From a virus, in IMG/VR virus record IMGVR_UViG_3300028376_000003, positions 64,001 through 128,000 of that record: DNA of 64,000 nucleotides. One strand, 5' to 3'. The notes below the pieces were generated by a model, which did not search any database, was not told the origin of the DNA, and worked only from the letters and a program-made list of their open reading frames with translations. Every line of letters starts with the position of its first letter. Positions within the stretch are counted from its first letter, which is position 1. This document shows positions 57,776 to 64,000 of this stretch, piece after piece. The translations under genes were made by a program, and so were the position numbers.

Positions 57776-58645
57776 TTAATGGTTAATAATTTGATTTGAT
57801 ATATCAGATACTTTTTTGTATTTATCAAACTCTCTGCTACTTATATCTTCTTCATCAATGATGCCATCAATAAATACAATACCACCATCTAATATAGTTG
57901 AAAATGGCTTCATCACACTCTCCCTTTCTCGTAAAAAGTCATTTACTGGTATTAATATTTCACCATTGTATATTTCAAACTTCTCAATACCACTATTTAC
58001 CAATATAGGACTTCCATCTTGTATTGATGAAGTTACAGTATTTTTACCAGTCTGGATAGTTCTAACCAATGCTGTTTTACCAAGTCTAGAAATAGCTACA
58101 AAAACAGCTTTGACTTTTGTGTCATCTTTTATATTTCTTATCTCTGACTCTATGTCTTTGTAGTTATATTCTAGAATGTTCTTTTTAAGTATTTTTGAAA
58201 ACTCCTTTACAAAATACCCCCAGGCTAGACCTTTATTATAAGTCATATATTTTCTAACTAGTTCCCAATTCAATTTAATTGATGGATTAAATGAATTGTA
58301 GAAAGCTTTCTTAGTTGATATAGTCTCTAGATACTTATTGACCTTATTGTTTTTAAAAACAGGTTTAAACACAGTTTCTACACGAATAAGTGAATTTGAC
58401 ACCAAGTCATCAATTTCACTTATTCTCTTATAAAAGACTTTTCTATGAAGAGGAACAGGTCTCTCACCTAGAAGTACATGAATTGAATTAGACAATTGAT
58501 GATGTGTTATTGGCTCTACATAAGAAAATAAGTTATTTCTATTAACTCTATGAACTTTAGGCCCAGAATATATAGACTTGTCTTTAGTGCCTTTATTATA
58601 CCTAAATAATTTGGCATCTTTGAATATTAGTTTAAGATATTCCAT
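57776..58645 (-). CDS. cas5: Probable Cas5 (Cas5fv-like)
   Basis: Lies between cas7 and cas6; ITHHQLSNSIHVLLGER helix motif and C-terminal TILDGG; size fits a Cas5 with an inserted helical domain. Confidence 0.6.
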   Translation of the reverse strand: MEYLKLIFKDAKLFRYNKGTKDKSIYSGPKVHRVNRNNLFSYVEPITHHQLSNSIHVLLGERPVPLHRKVFYKRISEIDDLVSNSLIRVETVFKPVFKNNKVNKYLETISTKKAFYNSFNPSIKLNWELVRKYMTYNKGLAWGYFVKEFSKILKKNILEYNYKDIESEIRNIKDDTKVKAVFVAISRLGKTALVRTIQTGKNTVTSSIQDGSPILVNSGIEKFEIYNGEILIPVNDFLRERESVMKPFSTILDGGIVFIDGIIDEEDISSREFDKYKKVSDISNQIINH

Positions 58646-58654
58646 AAATTATTT

Positions 58655-59740
58655 TTATTTCTTTTTAGACTTTAATGCTTTCTCTTCAGCCGCCTCTTTG
58701 ATTATAGCCTTTTCTTTTTCGATACCTTTATTAATTCTTTCTTCTGTTTTTTCAACTATATGACCACTAACTTCCTCATAAAAATCAAAGGGTTTAAACG
58801 AGATATTTTTAATATCTTTCATATTTTTTATATCATCCCAACCTTCTGGATTTCTCATAGTATCTACATAAGGATCTCTTACTAGCTTTATTCTAACGCT
58901 AATTACATCAGCACTAGCATTACTTCTTTTTATTTGTGTTTTTAACAAACGGTATATATATTCTTTTACCAAATATACAACATTATCATCATTCAGCTTA
59001 ATACCATATTCTGCAAGATCTAGACATGATGTTGATAATTTGTAATATGCCAACTTTGTATCAGTGCTATTAAGATTCATATTCAAAGACTTTATCAATA
59101 TCTCAGCATTATCTGGATTAAATCCATATCTATCGAAAGCTGCATCACAAGATAAAAATTGTAATTGTCCAATGTCTATAAAGGAAGTACCACTATATTT
59201 TATATCTCCTAAAGACTCATATTGAAACAAGCTTGTACTACCCTTTCCAGAGATTGGAGACTTTTTACTACCTGCTTTAACTGCTTGTGGTAAAGTAGGT
59301 AGTGCAGTACATGTCTGTTGGATATTGCCTGTGGTTATTGGACCTTTTCTTTTTAAACTTTCACCCTTTGTTGCTTTCAAATAACCCTTTAGGATTGCAT
59401 GTGTAGATCCTAGGTAGTTATAAAGAGTATTCTTATCATATAAAGCTCTTGGGTTATCTTCTACGTAATCTTCTTTAAACAGTGCCTTGTTAAAACATTC
59501 TGCTGATATCTTAACCTTAAAATCTAACTGACCTTTCTCGTTATAGAAGAAATTCTTTTTAGAATAGTTACAATTATCGTTAATCTGTGCCAATGCTTTT
59601 ACTTTTGGCATTCTATCATCATCTTTTTTATTAGCATCTTTGAAGAACATGAACTTCTGATCTGTTGAATCAAAGTTTACAATACCACTTCCTTCTAATT
59701 TAAAGTCTACTAGAATACCACTTACTGGTGAATTACTCAT
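58655..59740 (-). CDS. cas7: Cas7, type I-F2 (Cas7fv)-like
   Basis: Blocks GSGIVNFD, ISAECFNKALF, ILKGY...KRKGP, STSLF..ESLGD.KY, IGQLQFLSCDAAFDR, EYGIKLNDD resemble the Shewanella Cas7fv sequence as recalled. Confidence 0.8.
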   Translation of the reverse strand: MSNSPVSGILVDFKLEGSGIVNFDSTDQKFMFFKDANKKDDDRMPKVKALAQINDNCNYSKKNFFYNEKGQLDFKVKISAECFNKALFKEDYVEDNPRALYDKNTLYNYLGSTHAILKGYLKATKGESLKRKGPITTGNIQQTCTALPTLPQAVKAGSKKSPISGKGSTSLFQYESLGDIKYSGTSFIDIGQLQFLSCDAAFDRYGFNPDNAEILIKSLNMNLNSTDTKLAYYKLSTSCLDLAEYGIKLNDDNVVYLVKEYIYRLLKTQIKRSNASADVISVRIKLVRDPYVDTMRNPEGWDDIKNMKDIKNISFKPFDFYEEVSGHIVEKTEERINKGIEKEKAIIKEAAEEKALKSKKK

Positions 59741-59859
59741 AATTTATGTTTTAAGTTTATATTATTTTGACAAATATACAAAACATATTCTATTAAAATG
59801 TAGTTTTTTACTTTTATTATGAGATAATACAGTAATCGATTATTTTACATAGTCAGAAT

Positions 59860-60255
59860 TTATAAATTTTCTTGTCTAAGCCTATCCCCAACCTCTTTAA
59901 TTATCTGATCATCAGATAATTCTGGGTTTTTTTCTTTTAATGTTCTAAATAACTCATTTTCTTCCTTTTGTAGTTTCTCAATCTCTTTATTCATGGGTGC
60001 CATAAGTGTTTCTAGCTTATTTCCCTCTACCTCTACCTCTTTAATAACCTCCATTAGCTTAGATATTGACTTCTCTGGATCAGTTACCTTCTTACTCTTG
60101 ATGTCTTTTTGTAGCTTATCTAGACTCTCTATATTCTTATCTAGAATAGATACTATTTCTTTTGATCTTTTGTGATATAGTTCTATATTAGATGAAACCT
60201 TTAAATACTCTTGTCTTATAGTTACTGCTGATTGTAATAAATTTTCTTGAATCAT
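59860..60255 (-). CDS. Coiled-coil hypothetical protein
   Basis: 131 aa helical ORF. Confidence 0.7.
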   Translation of the reverse strand: MIQENLLQSAVTIRQEYLKVSSNIELYHKRSKEIVSILDKNIESLDKLQKDIKSKKVTDPEKSISKLMEVIKEVEVEGNKLETLMAPMNKEIEKLQKEENELFRTLKEKNPELSDDQIIKEVGDRLRQENL

Positions 60256-60262
60256 ATTATAT

Positions 60263-61237
60263 CTATTTTTTTAGTTCACTAATTCTTTTCTTACCCGCTT
60301 TTTTTACAGTCTTAGCAGTCTCGCCTTTTAAAGCTACATCAATTTCTTCTACTGTTTCTAACTTAGATATCGATTTAACCCTATCACTTGCACTAGGCTT
60401 TTTACTAGATTTAGCTTTAGGTTTAGATTCTTTCTTATCAGATTCAGATTCACCATAGACTTTTATCTCAATTTCTCTCTTAATTCTATCTTTTACTAAG
60501 GATGGATTATGTAATAACTCTCTAGTGAATTCCTCAGCTAAAAAATCAATAATAGATACATTATATGAATCCTCCATCATCTCTATAAAATCTAGACGAG
60601 GTATTTTCCTATCTATCTCTAAATCAAAAGTAAACGGTACATTCTTCTTGACATTTTTAAACATTGCTATAATCGGATCTTCATCTATCCTCTGTGTTTG
60701 TTGTATAGGTTCTGCATTAGATTGTCTTGTTGTAGTTTCCCTAGTTTCGCTAGTTTGTTTAGTATCATAAGATATATCTTGTGATTTTCTAGCATTACTA
60801 GGATTTTCACTAGGGGTATCATCACCGTTTATGATTCTATTCATAGCTTCATTCTGCTTATTCACACTATCAGAAACATCAACCTCAGCACCATACTTTT
60901 TAGCTAATGCTGCTCTTTCTTCCTCTTCGCTAGATTGTATGATTGCACTCTCATTACTAGAAGGTTTAAAAGAGTCATCTCTATCAAAACTAACATTTTC
61001 ATCAATCATATCATCTGTTTTTAGATTTTTGATGTCATTAAGCACACTAGAAAAGGCACTAGATGTATCTAAAAAAGAACTAGGATCTATTTGTTCCGAG
61101 TATTTAGATGTATCTAATAATACACTCTTATCAATCTTAGTCTTGTTTTCTAAAACTACAGTATCCCCAAAATTATCTAAAACTCTTATAGTTTCTCCTG
61201 TCTTATTGTTTCTAAAAGTTTTGTTAGCTAAAGTCAT
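60263..61237 (-). CDS. Hypothetical protein
   Basis: Track ORF extends to 61360; probable ATG at 61237 (MTLANKTF). Confidence 0.7.
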   Translation of the reverse strand: MTLANKTFRNNKTGETIRVLDNFGDTVVLENKTKIDKSVLLDTSKYSEQIDPSSFLDTSSAFSSVLNDIKNLKTDDMIDENVSFDRDDSFKPSSNESAIIQSSEEEERAALAKKYGAEVDVSDSVNKQNEAMNRIINGDDTPSENPSNARKSQDISYDTKQTSETRETTTRQSNAEPIQQTQRIDEDPIIAMFKNVKKNVPFTFDLEIDRKIPRLDFIEMMEDSYNVSIIDFLAEEFTRELLHNPSLVKDRIKREIEIKVYGESESDKKESKPKAKSSKKPSASDRVKSISKLETVEEIDVALKGETAKTVKKAGKKRISELKK

Positions 61238-61353
61238 GTTATTTATTTTATTTTTTATTGTTTTAATAATTTTGTTTAAATATTCTATCAAAACACTTTT
61301 ATTATTTATTATTATATACTTAAATATTAATTTGTTTAATAATACAACAAAAA

Positions 61354-61381
61354 AAAGCACACATTGTATAATGTGTGCTTT
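61354..61381 (-). terminator. Intrinsic terminator after the SSB gene
   Basis: aaagcacacatt-gtat-aatgtgtgcttt with an A-tract on the left. Confidence 0.8.
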
Positions 61382-61399
61382 CTTAATATTAACTATCTA

Positions 61400-62374
61400 C
61401 TAGAGGTCGTCAAAAAAGTCATCTTCGTCAGTACTAACTGCTTCTTCTTTACCTTCCGTGAAGTTATTCTCGAAATCGAAGTCGCTTGATTCGGGCTTTT
61501 GTTCAGAAGCACTAGTTGAATTAGCACTATTAAAGCTATTAGACGACTTACCAAGTAATATATTCGTAATTTCTGAAATTTTCGAATGTTGTTCGTCAGT
61601 AAGTGGCTTAGGACCGAAGTCTTCTACATTATGATCTCTATCTAATAAAAATCCTTTAATCTTTCCTTGTGCCTTTTGACTTACTTTGTTATTTTCATCT
61701 AAAGGTACATTCTTAAACTCTTTAGTTTCTTTAAAGTAGATTGGTAGAGATGTAGTTTGTTGCTTAAACATACTCATTTTGTAATCAGGGTAAGTTGCAT
61801 CTCCTGTAGAGATTTCTTTTACGATTAATACAAAGTCCTTACCATCTGCTAGTTCAAACACATTACAAGGTTCACCAGAGATTTCTCCATTCTTTTCTGC
61901 CGAAATCTTGTCCTTAATTGTCTTACCATACTGCATAACCATAATCTTACCAACTAACTCTGGTTGTTGCTCATCTTCAAGTACTAATACATAAGAGTAG
62001 TACTTTCTAGAGTAGTTAAGAACGTTCGCCTTCTCAACAAGAACTGCATTCTTAGAGTTCTTCATCTGGTAAAAAAGATTTGTAAGTGGACATGGTTCTC
62101 CAAAGTTTTTAGGAGAGTCATAATAACCACCTAATTCTCTTGGTTCTTTAATTTCTACATAGTGTGAAATCTTTTCAAGTGCTACTTGTCCTAATTTACC
62201 TTCCTCTGTTAGGTTAGGTAAAAACCTAACAACTGAACGATATCCTCTTTTAGTGTCCTTAACCTTTGTCAAGTCAACACGATAAATTCCATCGTTGTTT
62301 GAGGTCTTTTTTTCCTCTAAGAAGTCCATTTTCGTGTCTAGACTTCCGTCAAATAATTGATCTAATTCTTCCAT
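61400..62374 (-). CDS. Single-stranded DNA-binding protein (T4 gp32-like)
   Basis: VRFLP, CPL, YSYVLVLED, GKIMVMQYGKTI, G.DFVL, YPDY, acidic tail DEDDFFDDL. Confidence 0.85.
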   Translation of the reverse strand: MEELDQLFDGSLDTKMDFLEEKKTSNNDGIYRVDLTKVKDTKRGYRSVVRFLPNLTEEGKLGQVALEKISHYVEIKEPRELGGYYDSPKNFGEPCPLTNLFYQMKNSKNAVLVEKANVLNYSRKYYSYVLVLEDEQQPELVGKIMVMQYGKTIKDKISAEKNGEISGEPCNVFELADGKDFVLIVKEISTGDATYPDYKMSMFKQQTTSLPIYFKETKEFKNVPLDENNKVSQKAQGKIKGFLLDRDHNVEDFGPKPLTDEQHSKISEITNILLGKSSNSFNSANSTSASEQKPESSDFDFENNFTEGKEEAVSTDEDDFFDDL

Positions 62375-62576
62375 AATATTGCTTTTTATTTATTTTTATA
62401 TTCAACTTAATTGTTGATATATGTTATATTAAAAAGGTCTGAAAAGTTTAGATTTATTTTTATTTATTTTTCTTTATTTCTCGACACTTTATAATACTGA
62501 ATCTTTATATAAGCAATATTACTGTTTGTTTATTTTTTAGTATTTATTTAACATATTCACTCTATCTATCTAAGGT

Positions 62577-62780
62577 TTACTGGGTCCAAATAATAGATAG
62601 TTCAATTAAAGGAACTTCTAATTTTGGTATATCAAAGTCTTTGAAAGATATTGTTGCAGTATCTGTTTCTTTATTATATACTCTAAGATATACCATTTCC
62701 TCATATTTCCAAAACACTAAACAACCTTCAAATAGCTTGGAATCTGGTCTTGTTGTTTTATCTGTTGTATCTAATTTCAT
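62577..62780 (-). CDS. Hypothetical protein
   Basis: 67 aa, overlaps the exonuclease stop. Confidence 0.6.
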   Translation of the reverse strand: MKLDTTDKTTRPDSKLFEGCLVFWKYEEMVYLRVYNKETDTATISFKDFDIPKLEVPLIELSIIWTQ

Positions 62781-63517
62781 TGTTTCTTAGTCTTTATAAC
62801 ATTCACTCTATCTAGCTGATACTTCTCTATGTCTAAAGAATGGTTATCTTTCATAGTTCTAAATATACTTATACACATCTCACCCATTAATACACAATCT
62901 GTAAGTGCATCATGGTATCCTTTCATATCTATATCTAGTGCTGGACCGATTTTGGACAAAGAAGATGATATAAGACCATTGTCTCTATCAGATGTTCCAA
63001 TTTTATTTAGGAGTTCTTTATAATGGTTATCAGTTTCAGATAATTTTTGGAAAATAGGTATTAAATATAACCTAATAAGCATTTTAGTATCAAAAACTTC
63101 TTCAACTATTTTATGATTATACCTACCAGTTAACATATCAACATCAAACGGTGCGTTTTGTGCAACTAATAGACTAGGAGTATTTTGTTTTATAAATTCA
63201 AAAAAACTATCTAGTACAATATTTTCATTTTTATACACATAATCACCATCATCATAATGATTAAACTCTAATATAGGCTTAACTATATCATAACGCCTAA
63301 TTGTTTCAGCGGTTAATAATATTTTTTCATCAAATTCTGCCTTGTATAAGAATTTATTTTCTAAATAATCATATTTAACTAACTTAGCAGACACTTGAGT
63401 TAGTTGCTCTATTTTAGAACCTTTGAGTCCTGTGGTTTCAGTGTCCAGTAAAATCCAATTTATTTCAGATTTATTTTCTAACCAACTAAGCATTTCTGGT
63501 ATTGACTTGTAATTCAT
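62777..63517 (-). CDS. DEDDh 3'-5' exonuclease (DnaQ-like)
   Basis: LDTETTG, AQNAPFD, HDALTD. Confidence 0.88.
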   Translation of the reverse strand: MNYKSIPEMLSWLENKSEINWILLDTETTGLKGSKIEQLTQVSAKLVKYDYLENKFLYKAEFDEKILLTAETIRRYDIVKPILEFNHYDDGDYVYKNENIVLDSFFEFIKQNTPSLLVAQNAPFDVDMLTGRYNHKIVEEVFDTKMLIRLYLIPIFQKLSETDNHYKELLNKIGTSDRDNGLISSSLSKIGPALDIDMKGYHDALTDCVLMGEMCISIFRTMKDNHSLDIEKYQLDRVNVIKTKKQ

Positions 63518-63533
63518 TTTATTTATTTTAAGG

Positions 63534-64000
63534 TTATTCTTCTAGTTTAAACATAGTCTTTTCATCTGCCGAGTACATAACTTTTTTAGATGATAGAGTA
63601 GCATTGTAATTATCAACAACATACTTTTTACCCTTACCTTTCTTCACATAAGCTATTGTGATATGTGGATTATAATCAGGGAAGTCTGTAGTATGTGGCA
63701 ATATAGATAATTTTTCATTAATATCTAACAATTCTTTAGTTTTTTTAACTTTGAATTTAACAACATCAAACTTATCATTCTCAAATAAATCAACTGACTC
63801 TAATTCTATATCAATAGAAGTATAACCTTCAAATGCCTTTTTCACGTCATCTATGCTAACTTCATCTTTATGAAGTCCAAATAGAAGTGTTAAGTGAGGC
63901 TCATCTTCCAAACCATCTTCACCTATATCCTCTTTGTCTATAAAGCTAGTTATTTCTTCCCAGTTCTTAACATTGAAGTATAACATAGCACATCCATATT
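63534..64000 (-). CDS. 2H phosphoesterase, T4 gp57B/Acb1-like (start probably beyond the window)
   Basis: Two HxT motifs, PHLTLLFG and PHITIAY; frame open to the window end (YGCAMLYF). Confidence 0.75.
   Translation of the reverse strand, partial: YGCAMLYFNVKNWEEITSFIDKEDIGEDGLEDEPHLTLLFGLHKDEVSIDDVKKAFEGYTSIDIELESVDLFENDKFDVVKFKVKKTKELLDINEKLSILPHTTDFPDYNPHITIAYVKKGKGKKYVVDNYNATLSSKKVMYSADEKTMFKLEE

Noticed and set aside
53158-60255. Class 2 effector (Cas9/Cas12/Cas13) or tracrRNA suggested by the repeat style
   Set aside because: No large RuvC/HNH/HEPN ORF is adjacent and no clear anti-repeat was seen; the flanking genes are class 1.
1-64000. Bacterial chromosome origin (nusA, smpB, rpsA, clpC, ligA, trxA)
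   Set aside because: These genes lack their usual operon neighbours (for example rimP/infB for nusA) and are interspersed with gp32-, gp3- and gp14-like genes, an endolysin and many small unknown ORFs.

Overview
Very AT-rich 64 kb segment of a large (jumbo/huge) tailed phage genome, most likely infecting Bacteroidota. Support: many TTG-N~20-TAnnTTTG promoters, Bacteroidota-like NusA and ClpC, a BACON-like domain, and T4-like gp3, gp14 and gp32 homologues. It carries virion genes, replication and modification genes (NAD-dependent ligase, SSB, exonucleases, two DNA methyltransferases), and a translation/transcription toolkit (S1, L7/L12-CTD, SmpB, PTH2-like, NusA, ECF sigma, ppGpp-hydrolase-like HD, ClpC). 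There are 24 tRNA genes in four clusters plus one degenerate tRNA. A compact type I-F2-like CRISPR-Cas locus (cas7fv, cas5fv-like, cas6, array, cas3; no cas1/2/8 in the window) has 36-nt repeats and ~30-nt spacers. Main discovery: each tRNA cluster is preceded by an unannotated short leader-peptide ORF and an intrinsic terminator with a competing antiterminator. The codons enriched in each leader match the tRNAs downstream: Tyr/Glu; Ile-AUA/Ala/Gly; Leu/Asn/Thr/Arg/Val/Ile/Met/Cys; Pro/Gln/Asp. This points to ribosome-mediated attenuation that switches phage tRNA operons on when the corresponding tRNAs become limiting. Two tRNAs lack a D-arm and carry a D-loop-like motif in the variable region. 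Protein assignments come from motif recognition only; no database searches were run.
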